Sequence record: PX393108.1
DNA from: a phage
Reading direction: 5' to 3' (one strand)
Length of the DNA: 64,000 bases
The position numbers and the translations under genes were made by a program. Of this stretch, positions 27,442-39,455 are shown one piece after another (position 1 is the first letter of the stretch; each line of letters starts with the position of its first letter). The notes beneath the pieces were generated by a model. The model was not told where the DNA came from and searched no databases. It worked only from the letters and a program-made list of their open reading frames with translations.

Positions 27442-29152
27442 TAACCTTAATTGGTTTGTTGGTGTTGTTGAAGATAGAATGGACCCATTAAAATTAGGTC
27501 GTGTTCGTGTTCGTGTGGTTGGTCTGCATCCACCTCAAAGAGCACAAGGTGATGTAATGGGTATTCCAACCGATAAATTACCATGGATGTCAGTTATTCA
27601 ACCTATAACTTCTGCAGCAATGTCTGGAATTGGAGGCTCCGTTACTGGTCCGGTAGAAGGAACTAGAGTTTATGGTCATTTTTTAGACAAATGGAAAACT
27701 AACGGAATTGTCCTTGGCACGTATGGTGGAATAGTTCGCGAAAAGCCTAATAGACTTGAAGGATTTTCTGACCCGACTGGACAGTATCCTAGACGTCTAG
27801 GAAATGATACTAACGTATTAAACCAAGGCGGAGAAGTAGGATATGATTCGTCTTCTAATATTATCCAAGATAGTAATTTAGACACTGCGATAAATCCTGA
27901 TGATAGACCACTATCAGAGATTCCAACTGATGATAATCCAAATATGTCAATGGCTGAAATGCTTCGCCGCGATGAAGGATTAAGACTAAAAGTTTATTGG
28001 GATACCGAAGGATATCCGACAATTGGTATTGGTCATCTTATCATGAAGCAGCCAGTTCGTGATATGGCCCAAATTAATAAAGTTTTATCAAAACAAGTTG
28101 GTCGTGAAATTACCGGAAATCCAGGTTCTATTACAATGGAAGAAGCGGTAACTTTATTTGAACGTGATTTAGCTGATATGCAACGTGATATTAAATCACA
28201 TTCTAAAGTTGGCCCAGTTTGGCAGGCAGTTAATCGTTCTCGTCAAATGGCATTAGAAAATATGGCATTCCAAATGGGTGTTGGCGGTGTAGCTAAATTT
28301 AACACAATGTTAACTGCTATGTTAGCCGGAGATTGGGAAAAAGCATATAAAGCTGGTCGTGATTCATTGTGGTATCAACAAACAAAAGGCCGTGCATCCC
28401 GTGTTACCATGATTATTCTTACAGGGAATTTGGAATCATACGGCATTGAAGTGAAAACACCGGCTAGGTCTTTGTCAGCAATGGCTGCTGCTGTAGCAAA
28501 GTCTTCTGATCCAGCTGACCCTCCTATTCCGAATGATTCGAGAATTTTATTTAAAGAACCTGTTTCTTCATATAAAGGTGAATATCCGTATGTTCACACA
28601 ATGGAAACTGAAAGCGGTCATATTCAGGAATTTGACGATACCCCGGGACAAGAACGATACAGATTAGTTCATCCGACTGGAACATATGAGGAAGTATCAC
28701 CGTCAGGAAGAAGAACAAGAAAAACTGTTGATAATTTGTATGATATAACAAATGCTGATGGTAATTTTTTGGTAGCTGGCGATAAAAAGACTAACGTCGG
28801 TGGATCAGAAATTTATTACAACATGGATAATCGTCTCCACCAAATAGATGGAAGCAATACAATATTTGTACGTGGCGATGAAACTAAGACAGTTGAAGGT
28901 AATGGAACTATCCTAGTCAAAGGTAATGTTACTATTGTAGTCGAAGGTAATGCTGACATTACAGTTAAAGGTGATGCTACTACTTTAGTTGAAGGAAATC
29001 AAACTAACACAGTAAATGGAAATCTTTCTTGGAAAGTTGCTGGGACGGTTGATTGGGACGTTGGTGGTGATTGGACAGAAAAAATGGCATCTATGAATTC
29101 TATTTCATCTGGTCAATACACAATTGATGGATCGAGGATTGACATTGGCTAA
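27425..29152 (+). CDS. 5: gp5 baseplate hub / tail lysozyme (cell-puncturing device)
   Basis: 575 aa; T4-lysozyme-like middle domain (MAEMLRRDEGLRLKVYWDTEGYPTIGIGHL) and C-terminal VEGN beta-helix repeats. Confidence 0.95.
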   Translation: MEMISNNLNWFVGVVEDRMDPLKLGRVRVRVVGLHPPQRAQGDVMGIPTDKLPWMSVIQPITSAAMSGIGGSVTGPVEGTRVYGHFLDKWKTNGIVLGTYGGIVREKPNRLEGFSDPTGQYPRRLGNDTNVLNQGGEVGYDSSSNIIQDSNLDTAINPDDRPLSEIPTDDNPNMSMAEMLRRDEGLRLKVYWDTEGYPTIGIGHLIMKQPVRDMAQINKVLSKQVGREITGNPGSITMEEAVTLFERDLADMQRDIKSHSKVGPVWQAVNRSRQMALENMAFQMGVGGVAKFNTMLTAMLAGDWEKAYKAGRDSLWYQQTKGRASRVTMIILTGNLESYGIEVKTPARSLSAMAAAVAKSSDPADPPIPNDSRILFKEPVSSYKGEYPYVHTMETESGHIQEFDDTPGQERYRLVHPTGTYEEVSPSGRRTRKTVDNLYDITNADGNFLVAGDKKTNVGGSEIYYNMDNRLHQIDGSNTIFVRGDETKTVEGNGTILVKGNVTIVVEGNADITVKGDATTLVEGNQTNTVNGNLSWKVAGTVDWDVGGDWTEKMASMNSISSGQYTIDGSRIDIG

Positions 29153-29186
29153 TATACTTCCAATGAGCGCTGATTTAGGAGAATCC

Positions 29187-29681
29187 ATGGAAGGTTCTTC
29201 TATCGACGTCACCTTTACCGCTCAATTAGAAACAGGTGAAACGTTAGTATCTATAAATATAACTAGTTACGAAGAAACTCCTGGGGTTTTAGTAGAAGAA
29301 AATCGTTTATATGGAACGTATGAATCTGTATTTGGATTTGGAAATGATGCGCTGAAATATCGTTTAGATAATGAATTTAAAACCGCTACTTCATGGGAAG
29401 ACCTTCCAACTGATTCTAATACTCAGTTATATCTATGGAAGGCTCCTCAAAACCTCCAGAAGACATTCACTTACGAAGTAACATTAATATATGACTACCA
29501 AGAACAAGGTGAATCTGGAGGTTCTGGCAGTAATTCTAGGTCATCTTCTGATACTACTGAACCAACGAATCCTCCAGCTCCAATAAGAAAAACTCTTGTT
29601 AAAAATTACACAAAAACTATAGTTGGAAATTGGAGTCGTTGGGCTAATAAATTGAGAAGCTACGTGTATGAGAGGCCATAA
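29187..29681 (+). CDS. 5.1: 5.1-like protein
   Basis: ORF 29124-29681; start chosen at MEGSSID after SD AGGAGAA. Confidence 0.6.
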
Positions 29682-29975
29682 ATGTCAGGATTAAGTTATG
29701 ATAAGTGTGTTACTGCTGGCCATGAAGCGTGGCCTCCAACAGTTGTAAATGCTACACAAAGTAAAGTATTCACCGGAGGAATTGCTGTTCTCGTAGCAGG
29801 TGATCCAATTACAGAACATACAGAAATTAAAAAGCCATATGAAACACATGGCGGAGTGACACAACCTAGAACTTCTAAGGTATATGTCACTGGAAAGAAA
29901 GCTGTTCAAATGGCTGATCCAATATCATGCGGTGATACTGTGGCTCAGGCATCATCTAAAGTATTCATTAAATAG
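29682..29975 (+). CDS. 5.4: gp5.4 PAAR-repeat spike tip protein
   Basis: 97 aa, T4 size; Gly/Thr-rich PAAR-like. Confidence 0.85.
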
Positions 29976-29983
29976 GATTTAAA

Positions 29984-31966
29984 ATGGCAAATACCCCTGT
30001 AAATTATCAATTAACAAGAACAGCAAATGCTATTCCCGAGATATTCGTCGGGGGTACATTTGCTGAAATAAAACAAAACCTCATTGAATGGCTTAATGGC
30101 CAAAATGAATTTTTGGATTATGATTTTGAAGGCTCAAGATTAAACGTTCTGTGCGACCTTTTGGCTTATAATACATTATACATTCAGCAGTTTGGTAATG
30201 CTGCCGTGTATGAAAGCTTTATGCGTACTGCTAATTTGCGTAGTTCAGTAGTTCAAGCTGCACAAGATAATGGATATTTACCTACTTCAAAATCAGCTGC
30301 TCAAACTGAAATTATGCTAACTTGTACAGATGCATTGAATAGAAATTACATTACTATTCCTCGTGGTACTCGCTTTTTAGCATATGCAAAGGATACTTCC
30401 GTTAATCCTTACAACTTTGTATCTACCGAAGATGTTATTGCTATTCGCGATAAAAATAACCAATATTTTCCACGTTTAAAATTAGCCCAGGGACGTATAG
30501 TAAGAACTGAAATCATTTATGATAAATTAACACCTATTATCATTTATGACAAAAATATAGATAGAAACCAAGTTAAACTATATGTTGATGGAGCAGAATG
30601 GATTAACTGGACAAGAAAGTCAATGGTTCATGCTGGTTCTACATCAACAATTTACTACATGCGTGAAACTATTGATGGAAATACTGAGTTTTATTTTGGT
30701 GAAGGTGAGATTTCTGTTAATGCGGCAGAAGGAGCATTGACTGCTAATTATATTGGAGGTCTTAAACCTACCCAGAACTCTACGATTGTTATTGAGTACA
30801 TCAGTACTAACGGTGCAGATGCGAATGGCGCAGTCGGATTTTCATATGCAGATACATTAACAAATATAACTGTCATCAACATTAATGAAAATCCAAACGA
30901 TGACCCAGATTTTGTTGGGGCAGATGGCGGCGGTGATCCAGAAGATATTGAACGTATTCGCGAATTGGGTACTATTAAACGCGAAACCCAGCAGCGCTGC
31001 GTAACTGCGACTGACTATGATACATTCGTTTCAGAGAGATTTGGTTCTATTATTCAAGCAGTTCAGACGTTCACTGATTCTACTAAACCTGGTTATGCAT
31101 TTATTGCTGCTAAACCTAAATCAGGGCTATATTTAACTACTGTACAGCGCGAAGATATTAAAAATTATCTCAAAGACTATAATTTAGCTCCTATTACGCC
31201 ATCAATTATTTCTCCTAATTATCTTTTTATTAAGACTAATTTAAAAGTCACATATGCTTTAAATAAGCTGCAAGAATCCGAACAGTGGCTCGAAGGTCAA
31301 ATAATTGATAAAATTGATCGTTATTATACCGAAGATGTAGAAATTTTTAACTCATCTTTCGCTAAATCTAAGATGTTGACATATGTAGATGATGCAGATC
31401 ATTCTATCATTGGCTCATCAGCGACAATTCAAATTGTTCGTGAAGTACAAAACTTCTATAAAACGCCTGAAGCAGGTATTAAATACAATAATCAAATAAA
31501 AGATCGTTCTATGGAATCTAATACGTTTTCATTTAATTCTGGACGAAAGGTTGTAAATCCTGATACTGGTTTAGAAGAAGATGTATTATATGACGTTCGC
31601 ATAGTATCAACAGACCGAGATTCTAAAGGAATTGGTAAAGTTATTATTGGTCCATTTGCTTCTGGCGATGTTACAGAAAATGAAAACATTCAGCCGTATA
31701 CAGGCAACGATTTTAACAAATTAGCAAATTCTGATGGACGCGACAAATACTATGTTATCGGTGAAATAAATTATCCAGCTGATGTGATTTATTGGAATAT
31801 CGCTAAAATTAATTTAACATCTGAAAAATTTGAAGTTCAGACTATTGAATTATATTCTGACCCAACCGATGATGTTATCTTTACTCGCGATGGTTCACTG
31901 ATTGTATTTGAAAATGACTTACGTCCACAATACTTAACTATCGATTTGGAGCCTATATCACAATGA
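29984..31966 (+). CDS. 6: gp6 baseplate wedge protein
   Basis: 660 aa. Confidence 0.95.
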   Translation: MANTPVNYQLTRTANAIPEIFVGGTFAEIKQNLIEWLNGQNEFLDYDFEGSRLNVLCDLLAYNTLYIQQFGNAAVYESFMRTANLRSSVVQAAQDNGYLPTSKSAAQTEIMLTCTDALNRNYITIPRGTRFLAYAKDTSVNPYNFVSTEDVIAIRDKNNQYFPRLKLAQGRIVRTEIIYDKLTPIIIYDKNIDRNQVKLYVDGAEWINWTRKSMVHAGSTSTIYYMRETIDGNTEFYFGEGEISVNAAEGALTANYIGGLKPTQNSTIVIEYISTNGADANGAVGFSYADTLTNITVININENPNDDPDFVGADGGGDPEDIERIRELGTIKRETQQRCVTATDYDTFVSERFGSIIQAVQTFTDSTKPGYAFIAAKPKSGLYLTTVQREDIKNYLKDYNLAPITPSIISPNYLFIKTNLKVTYALNKLQESEQWLEGQIIDKIDRYYTEDVEIFNSSFAKSKMLTYVDDADHSIIGSSATIQIVREVQNFYKTPEAGIKYNNQIKDRSMESNTFSFNSGRKVVNPDTGLEEDVLYDVRIVSTDRDSKGIGKVIIGPFASGDVTENENIQPYTGNDFNKLANSDGRDKYYVIGEINYPADVIYWNIAKINLTSEKFEVQTIELYSDPTDDVIFTRDGSLIVFENDLRPQYLTIDLEPISQ

Positions 31967-34900
31967 CAGTAAAAGCACCTTCAGTCACTAGTCTCAGAAT
32001 TTCCAAGTTATCCGCAAATCAGGTGCAAGTACGCTGGGATGACGTTGGTGCTAATTTCTACTATTTTGTAGAAATCGCTGAGACAAAAACAAACTCGGGG
32101 GAAAATCTCCCGAGTAATCAATACAGATGGATTAACTTAGGATATACTGCAAATAACAGCTTCTTTTTTGATGATGCTGACCCATTGACATCATACGTTA
32201 TTAGAGTAGCTACAGCTGCACAAGATTTTGAGCAGTCTGATTGGATTTATACCGAAGAGTTTGAAACTTTTGCTACAAATGCTTATACATTTCAAAACAT
32301 GATTGAAATGCAATTAGCTAATAAATTCATTCAGGAAAAATTTACTCTTAATAATTCTGATTATGTTAATTTTAACAATGACACTATAATGGCTGCATTG
32401 ATGAATGAATCATTTCAATTCAGCCCATCATATGTTGATGTTTCATCAATAAGTAATTTTATTATTGGTGAAAATGAGTATCATGAAATACAGGGTTCTA
32501 TTCAGCAAGTATGTAAGGATATTAACCGAGTTTATTTGATGGAATCAGAAGGGATTCTATACCTTTTTGAGCGTTATCAACCTGTAGTTAAAGTATCCAA
32601 TGATAAAGGACAAACTTGGAAAGCTGTAAAGCTCTTCAATGACCGCGTAGGATATCCTTTATCTAAGACAGTATATTACCAATCTGCGAACACAACATAC
32701 GTTCTAGGATACGACAAGATTTTCTATGGCCGCAAATCTACTGATGTTAGATGGTCAGCTGACGATGTCAGATTTAGTTCTCAGGATATAACATTCGCTA
32801 AACTTGGCGACCAATTACATTTAGGATTTGATGTAGAAATTTTTGCCACTTACGCAACTTTGCCAGCGAATGTATATCGCATTGCAGAAGCTATTACTTG
32901 CACCGATGATTACATTTACGTTGTCGCCAGAGACAAAGTTAGATACATAAAAACGAGTAATGCACCTATAGATTCTGATCCATTATCTCCAACATATTCG
33001 GAAAGGCTTTTTGAGCCTGATACAATGACTATAACCGGAAATCCTAAAGCAGTATGCTATAAAATGGATTCTATCGGTGATAAAGTTTTTGCTCTTATTA
33101 TTGGTGAAGTTGAAACATTAAATGCTAATCCTAGAACATCAAAAATAATTGATTCTGCTGATAAAGGAATATATGTTTTAAATCACGACACAAAAACGTG
33201 GAAAAGAGTTTTTGGCAACACTGAAGAAGAAAGAAGACGTATTCAACCAGGGTATGCGAATATGTCAACTGATGGTAAATTAGTTTCTCTATCATCGAGT
33301 AATTTTAAATTTTTAAGTGATAATGTTGTTAATGACCCTGAAACTGCAGCAAAATATCAGTTAATCGGTGCTGTTAAATATGAATTTCCTCGTGAATGGC
33401 TAGCTGATAAGCATTATCATATGATGGCATTTATAGCAGATGAAAAGTCTGATTGGGAAACTTTTACTCCTCAGCCGATGAAATACTACGCTGAACCATT
33501 CTTTAACTGGTCTAAAAAATCTAACACACGTTGTTGGATAAACAACTCTGATAGGGTTGTAGTAGTTTATGCTGATTTAAAATACACTAAAGTTATAGAA
33601 AATATTCCTGAAACATCACCAGATAGATTAGTTCATGAATACTGGGATGATGGCGATTGCACTATAGTAATGCCAAATGTTAAATTCACTGGATTTAAAA
33701 AATATGCATCTGGGATGCTTTTCTATAAAGCTTCTGGTGAAATAATTTCTTACTATGATTTTAACTATCGTGTTAGAGACACTGTCGAAATTATTTGGAA
33801 GCCAACTGAAGTATTTTTAAAAGCATTTTTACAAAACCAAGAGCATGAAACTCCTTGGTCGCCTGAAGAAGAGCGTGGATTAGCTGACCCTGATTTAAGA
33901 CCATTGATTGGCACAATGATGCCTGATTCTTATTTGTTACAGGATTCGAATTTTGAGGCATTTTGCGAAGCATATATTCAATATCTTTCTGATGGGTATG
34001 GAACTCAGTATAACAATTTACGAAATTTAATTCGTAACAAATATCCACGAGAAGAGCATGCATGGGAATATTTGTGGTCAGAGATATATAAAAGAAACAT
34101 TTATTTAAATGCTGACAAACGTGATGCTGTTACAAGATTTTTTGAATCACGTAGCTATGATTTTTATTCTACTAAAGGAATTGAAGCATCATACAAATTT
34201 CTTTTTAAAGTTCTTTATAATGAAGAGGTTGAAATTGAAATTGAATCTGGAGCTGGTACTGAATATGATATAATCGTTCAATCTGATTCTTTAACTGAAG
34301 ATTTAGTAGGACAAACGATTTATACAGCTACAGGAAGATGTAATGTTACTTATATAGAAAGAAGTTATTCTAACGGTAAATTGCAATGGACCGTAACTAT
34401 TCATAATCTTTTGGGAAGATTAATTGCCGGTCAAGAAGTTAAAGCAGAAAGACTCCCTAGTTTTGAAGGCGAAATTATTCGTGGAGTTAAAGGGAAGGAT
34501 TTGCTTCAAAATAATATAGACTATATTAATAGAAGTCGGTCATATTATGTAATGAAAATTAAATCCAATTTGCCTTCTTCCCGCTGGAAATCTGACGTTA
34601 TTCGTTTTGTTCATCCAGTAGGATTTGGATTTATAGCAATTACTCTTTTAACAATGTTTATTAATGTTGGTTTAACTCTTAAACACACAGAGACTATAAT
34701 TAATAAATACAAAAACTACAAATGGGATTCTGGATTGCCTACTGAATATGCTGATAGAGTAGCTAAATTAACTCCAACCGGTGAAATTGAGCATGATTCG
34801 GTAACAGGCGAAGCAATTTATGAGCCTGGCCCAATGGCTGGCGTAGAATATCCTCTTCCTGATGACTATAATGCTGAAAATAATAATTCAATATTTCAAG

Positions 34901-35061
34901 GTCAATTGCCGTCTGAACGACGCAAATTAATGAGTCCTTTATTTGATGCATCTGGAACAACATTTGCGCAATTTAGGGATTTAGTTAATAAACGTCTAAA
35001 AGATAATATAGGAAATCCAAGAGACCCTGAAAATCCAACACAGGTTAAAATAGATGAATGA
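31963..35061 (+). CDS. 7: gp7 baseplate wedge initiator
   Basis: 1032 aa. Confidence 0.95.
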   Translation: MTVKAPSVTSLRISKLSANQVQVRWDDVGANFYYFVEIAETKTNSGENLPSNQYRWINLGYTANNSFFFDDADPLTSYVIRVATAAQDFEQSDWIYTEEFETFATNAYTFQNMIEMQLANKFIQEKFTLNNSDYVNFNNDTIMAALMNESFQFSPSYVDVSSISNFIIGENEYHEIQGSIQQVCKDINRVYLMESEGILYLFERYQPVVKVSNDKGQTWKAVKLFNDRVGYPLSKTVYYQSANTTYVLGYDKIFYGRKSTDVRWSADDVRFSSQDITFAKLGDQLHLGFDVEIFATYATLPANVYRIAEAITCTDDYIYVVARDKVRYIKTSNAPIDSDPLSPTYSERLFEPDTMTITGNPKAVCYKMDSIGDKVFALIIGEVETLNANPRTSKIIDSADKGIYVLNHDTKTWKRVFGNTEEERRRIQPGYANMSTDGKLVSLSSSNFKFLSDNVVNDPETAAKYQLIGAVKYEFPREWLADKHYHMMAFIADEKSDWETFTPQPMKYYAEPFFNWSKKSNTRCWINNSDRVVVVYADLKYTKVIENIPETSPDRLVHEYWDDGDCTIVMPNVKFTGFKKYASGMLFYKASGEIISYYDFNYRVRDTVEIIWKPTEVFLKAFLQNQEHETPWSPEEERGLADPDLRPLIGTMMPDSYLLQDSNFEAFCEAYIQYLSDGYGTQYNNLRNLIRNKYPREEHAWEYLWSEIYKRNIYLNADKRDAVTRFFESRSYDFYSTKGIEASYKFLFKVLYNEEVEIEIESGAGTEYDIIVQSDSLTEDLVGQTIYTATGRCNVTYIERSYSNGKLQWTVTIHNLLGRLIAGQEVKAERLPSFEGEIIRGVKGKDLLQNNIDYINRSRSYYVMKIKSNLPSSRWKSDVIRFVHPVGFGFIAITLLTMFINVGLTLKHTETIINKYKNYKWDSGLPTEYADRVAKLTPTGEIEHDSVTGEAIYEPGPMAGVEYPLPDDYNAENNNSIFQGQLPSERRKLMSPLFDASGTTFAQFRDLVNKRLKDNIGNPRDPENPTQVKIDE

Positions 35062-36058
35062 TTCAAGTGTTATCTATCGTGCGATAGTTACTTCAAAATT
35101 TAGAACAGAAAAAATGTTGAATTTTTATAATTCAATTGGAAGTGGTCCGGATAAAAACACTATCTTTATCACATTTGGAAGATCAGAACCGTGGTCATCA
35201 AATGAAAATGAGGTGGGCTTTGCTCCACCTTATCCAACCGATTCTGCATTAGGTGTAACTGACATGTGGACTCATATGATGGGAACTGTAAAGGTTCTTC
35301 CATCTATGCTTGATGCAGTTATTCCTCGTAGAGATTGGGGAGATACTAGATATCCGGATCCATACACATTTAGAATTAACGATATTGTAGTGTGTAACTC
35401 AGCTCCTTACAATGCTACTGAATCAGGCGCAGGCTGGTTAGTATATCGTTGTTTAGATGTTCCTGACACGGGAATGTGTTCAATTGAGTCTTTAACTAAT
35501 AAGGATGAATGCCTTAAGTTGGGTGGAAAATGGACTCCTTCTGCTAGGTCAATGACTCCTCCTGAAGGTCGAGGAGACGCGGAAGGAACAATCGAACCTG
35601 GAGACGGGTATGTATGGGAATATCTTTTTGAGATTCCGCCCGATGTATCTATAAATAGATGTACGAATGAATATATCGTGGTTCCTTGGCCTGAGGAATT
35701 AAAAGAAGACCCGGCTAGATGGGGATATGAAGATAATCTCACTTGGCAACAAGATGATTTTGGATTAATTTACCGTGTTAAGGCAAATACTATCCGTTTT
35801 AAAGCATATTTAGATTCAGTTTATTTTCCTGAAGCTGCACTGCCGGGAAATAAAGGATTTAGGCAAATATCAATAATCACGAATCCTCTTGAAGCTAAAG
35901 CTCATCCAAATGACCCAAACGTTAAAGCTGAAAAGGATTATTATGATCCGGAAGATTTAATGAGGCATTCGGGCGAAATGATTTATATGGAAAATAGGCC
36001 ACCTATTATCATGGCAATGGATCAAACAGAAGAAATCAATATTCTGTTTACATTTTAA
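35054..36058 (+). CDS. 8: gp8 baseplate wedge protein
   Basis: 334 aa. Confidence 0.95.
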   Translation: MNDSSVIYRAIVTSKFRTEKMLNFYNSIGSGPDKNTIFITFGRSEPWSSNENEVGFAPPYPTDSALGVTDMWTHMMGTVKVLPSMLDAVIPRRDWGDTRYPDPYTFRINDIVVCNSAPYNATESGAGWLVYRCLDVPDTGMCSIESLTNKDECLKLGGKWTPSARSMTPPEGRGDAEGTIEPGDGYVWEYLFEIPPDVSINRCTNEYIVVPWPEELKEDPARWGYEDNLTWQQDDFGLIYRVKANTIRFKAYLDSVYFPEAALPGNKGFRQISIITNPLEAKAHPNDPNVKAEKDYYDPEDLMRHSGEMIYMENRPPIIMAMDQTEEINILFTF

Positions 36059-36063
36059 CTTAA

Positions 36064-36087
36064 GGGAGCCCATGGGCTCCCTTTTTC
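36064..36087 (+). terminator. intrinsic terminator after gene 8
   Basis: GGGAGCCC-ATG-GGCTCCC hairpin plus T-run. Confidence 0.6.
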
Positions 36088-36089
36088 TT

Positions 36090-36097
36090 TATAAATA
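36090..36097 (+). promoter_or_regulatory. late promoter TATAAATA for gene 9
   Basis: Exact match 25 nt upstream of ATG. Confidence 0.55.
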
Positions 36098-36121
36098 CTA
36101 TAAACTCATAAGGAAACCGCT

Positions 36122-36988
36122 ATGTTCATTCAAGAGCCAAAGAAATTGATTGATACCGGCGAAATTGGTAACGCTTCTACTGGTGATATCTTATTCGACG
36201 GTGGTAATAAAATTAATAGTGATTTTAACGCAATTTATAATGCATTTGGCGATCAACGTAAAATGGCAGTAGCAAATGGAACTGGAGCAGATGGCCAAAT
36301 TATCCATGCTACTGGATATTATCAAAAACACTCTATTGCAGAGTACGCAACTCCAGTAAAAGTTGGCACTAGGCATGATATTGATACCTCTACTGTAGGT
36401 GTTAAAGTTATCATTGAAAGAGGCGAACTTGGTGATTGCGTTGAATTTATTAACTCAAATGGATCTATATCAGTTACTAATCCTTTAACGATTCAAGCGA
36501 TTGATTCAATTAAAGGTGTTTCAGGTAATTTAGTAGTAACTAGCCCATATAGTAAAGTTACTTTACGTTGTATTTCATCTGATAATTCTACATCGGTGTG
36601 GAATTATTCTATTGAAAGTATGTTTGGCCAAAAGGAATCACCAGCTGAAGGTACATGGAATATTTCTACATCCGGATCAGTTGATATTCCACTATTTCAT
36701 CGCACTGAATACAATATGGCTAAATTGCTAGTTACATGCCAATCAGTAGATGGAAGAAAAATTAAAACAGCAGAAATAAATATTCTTGTGGATACTGTTA
36801 ATTCAGAGGTCATTTCTTCTGAATATGCTGTCATGCGGGTTGGGAATGAAACCGAAGAAGACGAAATCGCTAACATTGCATTTAGTATTAAAGAAAATTA
36901 TGTAACGGCGACTATAAGTTCTCCAACTGTCGGTATGAGAGCAGCAGTTAAAGTTATCGCTACGCAGAAAATCGGGGTGGCTCAATAA
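36122..36988 (+). CDS. 9: gp9 baseplate protein (long tail fibre socket)
   Basis: 288 aa. Confidence 0.95.
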   Translation: MFIQEPKKLIDTGEIGNASTGDILFDGGNKINSDFNAIYNAFGDQRKMAVANGTGADGQIIHATGYYQKHSIAEYATPVKVGTRHDIDTSTVGVKVIIERGELGDCVEFINSNGSISVTNPLTIQAIDSIKGVSGNLVVTSPYSKVTLRCISSDNSTSVWNYSIESMFGQKESPAEGTWNISTSGSVDIPLFHRTEYNMAKLLVTCQSVDGRKIKTAEINILVDTVNSEVISSEYAVMRVGNETEEDEIANIAFSIKENYVTATISSPTVGMRAAVKVIATQKIGVAQ

Positions 36989-38796
36989 TGAAACAAAATA
37001 TTAATATCGGTAATGTTGTTGATGATGGTACCGGTGACTACCTGCGTAAAGGTGGTATAAAAATAAATGAAAACTTTGATGAGCTTTATTATGAGCTCGG
37101 TGATGGAGATGTTCCATATTCAGCCGGTGCCTGGAAAACTTATGATGCTTCATCTGGCCAAACACTAAAAGCTGAGTGGGGAAAATCATACGCTATTAAT
37201 ACCTCTTCTGGAAGAGTAACTATAAATCTTCCAAAAGGAACTGTCAATGATTACAACAAGGTAATTAGAGCTAGAGACGTATTTGCTACATGGAACGTCA
37301 ACCCAGTTACATTAGTAGCTGCTTCCGGTGATACGATTAAAGGGTCTGCAGTACCAGTAGAAATTAATGTTCAATTCAGCGATTTGGAATTAGTGTATTG
37401 CGCCCCAGGACGTTGGGAATATGTCAAAAATAAGCAAATTGACAAAATTACCAGTTCAGACATTAGTAATGTAGCTCGTAAAGAATTTTTAGTCGAAGTC
37501 CAAGGACAAACAGACTTTTTAGATGTTTTCCGTGGAACTAGTTATAATGTAAATAACATCAGAGTAAAACATCGTGGTAACGAATTGTATTACGGCGATG
37601 TATTTAGTGAAAACAGCGATTTTGGCTCTCCGGGCGAAAATGAAGGTGAATTAGTTCCTCTTGATGGATTTAATATTCGATTAAGACAGCCTTGTAATAT
37701 TGGTGATACTGTTCAAATTGAAACATTTATGGATGGCGTATCACAGTGGAGAAGTTCATATACAAGACGTCAAATTAGAGTGTTAGATTCAAAATTAACG
37801 TCAAAGACTTCTTTAGAAGGAAGCATTTACGTTACTGATTTATCAACAATGAAATCAATTCCGTTTTCAGCTTTTGGATTAATTCCAGGTGAACCTATTA
37901 ATCCTAATTCTCTCGAGGTCCGTTTTAATGGAATTTTACAAGAATTGGCTGGAACAGTTGGAATGCCATTATTTCATTGTGTTGGTGCCGATTCAGACGA
38001 TGAAGTAGAATGCTCTGTTTTAGGTGGAACTTGGGAACAGTCTCATACAGACTATTCAGTTGAAACTGATGAAAACGGCATACCAGAAACATTGCACTTC
38101 GATAGAGTATTTGAGCATGGCGACATTATCAATATCACCTGGTTTAATAATGATTTAGGTACATTATTAACAAAAGATGAGATTATTGATGAAACTGATA
38201 ATCTTTATGTATCGCAAGGACCAGGAGTAGATATTTCCGGTGATGTAAATTTAACAGACTTCGATAAAATTGGTTGGCCAAATGTAGAAGCAGTTCAATC
38301 TTATCAACGCGAATTTAACGCTGTTTCAAATATCTTTGATACGATTTATCCTATTGGAACTATATATGAAAACGCTGTTAATCCAAATAACCCTGTTACA
38401 TATATGGGATTCGGCTCATGGAAATTATTTGGGCAAGGAAAAGTTTTAGTTGGATGGAATGAAGATATTTCGGACCCTAACTTTGCTCTAAATAACAACG
38501 ATTTAGATTCGGGTGGAAATCCTTCACATACTGCAGGTGGAACAGGTGGTTCTACTTCTGTTACATTGGAAAATGCTAATCTTCCTGCAACTGAGACAGA
38601 TGAAGAAGTTCTAATAGTTGATGAAAATGGATCAGTCATTGTTGGTGGATGTCAATACGATCCAGATGAATCTGGTCCAGTTTACACGAAATACCGTGAA
38701 GCTAAAGCATCTACTAACTCTACTCACACTCCGCCAACATCAATAACTAACATTCAACCATATATTACAGTTTATCGTTGGATAAGGATTGCATAA
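36988..38796 (+). CDS. 10: gp10 baseplate wedge / short tail fibre attachment
   Basis: 602 aa. Confidence 0.95.
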   Translation: MKQNINIGNVVDDGTGDYLRKGGIKINENFDELYYELGDGDVPYSAGAWKTYDASSGQTLKAEWGKSYAINTSSGRVTINLPKGTVNDYNKVIRARDVFATWNVNPVTLVAASGDTIKGSAVPVEINVQFSDLELVYCAPGRWEYVKNKQIDKITSSDISNVARKEFLVEVQGQTDFLDVFRGTSYNVNNIRVKHRGNELYYGDVFSENSDFGSPGENEGELVPLDGFNIRLRQPCNIGDTVQIETFMDGVSQWRSSYTRRQIRVLDSKLTSKTSLEGSIYVTDLSTMKSIPFSAFGLIPGEPINPNSLEVRFNGILQELAGTVGMPLFHCVGADSDDEVECSVLGGTWEQSHTDYSVETDENGIPETLHFDRVFEHGDIINITWFNNDLGTLLTKDEIIDETDNLYVSQGPGVDISGDVNLTDFDKIGWPNVEAVQSYQREFNAVSNIFDTIYPIGTIYENAVNPNNPVTYMGFGSWKLFGQGKVLVGWNEDISDPNFALNNNDLDSGGNPSHTAGGTGGSTSVTLENANLPATETDEEVLIVDENGSVIVGGCQYDPDESGPVYTKYREAKASTNSTHTPPTSITNIQPYITVYRWIRIA

Positions 38797-39455
38797 TGAG
38801 TTTACTTAATAATAAAGCGGGAGTTATTTCCCGCTTAGCCGATTTTCTTGGTTTTAGACCTAAAACTGGCGACATTGATGTAATGAATCGTCAATCAGTT
38901 GGGTCAGTGACAATTTCTCAATTAGCGAAAGGATTTTATGAACCAAATGTAGAATCAGCTATTAATGATGTTCATAATTTTTCTATAAAAGACGTTGGTA
39001 CAATTATTACTAATAAAACTGGTGTTTCTCCTGAGGGTGTTTCTCAAACTGATTATTGGGCATTTTCAGGAACTGTGACAGATGATTCGCTTCCTCCTGG
39101 TTCTCCTGTTACTGTATTAGTATTTGGTCTTCCAGTTTCAGCAACAACTGGAATGACAGCTATTGAGTTTGTCGCCAAAGTTCGTGTTGCGCTACAAGAA
39201 GCTATTGCGTCATTTACTGCTATCAATTCATATAAAGACCATCCAACCGATGGTAGTAAATTAGAAGTTACTTATTTAGATAATCAGAAACATATATTAA
39301 GCACATATTCTACATATGGAATAACTATTTCCCAAGAAATTATTTCCGAATCTAAGCCTGGATATGGCACATGGAATTTGCTTGGTGCACAAACTGTAAC
39401 TTTAGATAATCAGCAAACTCCAATAGTACTTTATCATTTTGAGAGAACAGCATGA
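38796..39455 (+). CDS. 11: gp11 baseplate wedge / short tail fibre attachment
   Basis: 219 aa from [20 protein letters not shown]; TAATG overlap with gene 10. Confidence 0.95.
   Translation: MSLLNNKAGVISRLADFLGFRPKTGDIDVMNRQSVGSVTISQLAKGFYEPNVESAINDVHNFSIKDVGTIITNKTGVSPEGVSQTDYWAFSGTVTDDSLPPGSPVTVLVFGLPVSATTGMTAIEFVAKVRVALQEAIASFTAINSYKDHPTDGSKLEVTYLDNQKHILSTYSTYGITISQEIISESKPGYGTWNLLGAQTVTLDNQQTPIVLYHFERTA

Noticed and set aside
29682-29975. gp5.4 PAAR-like protein as a possible type VI secretion or toxin-delivery component
   Set aside because: It sits in the canonical position directly after gene 5 with the T4 size; it is the normal spike tip of the baseplate.
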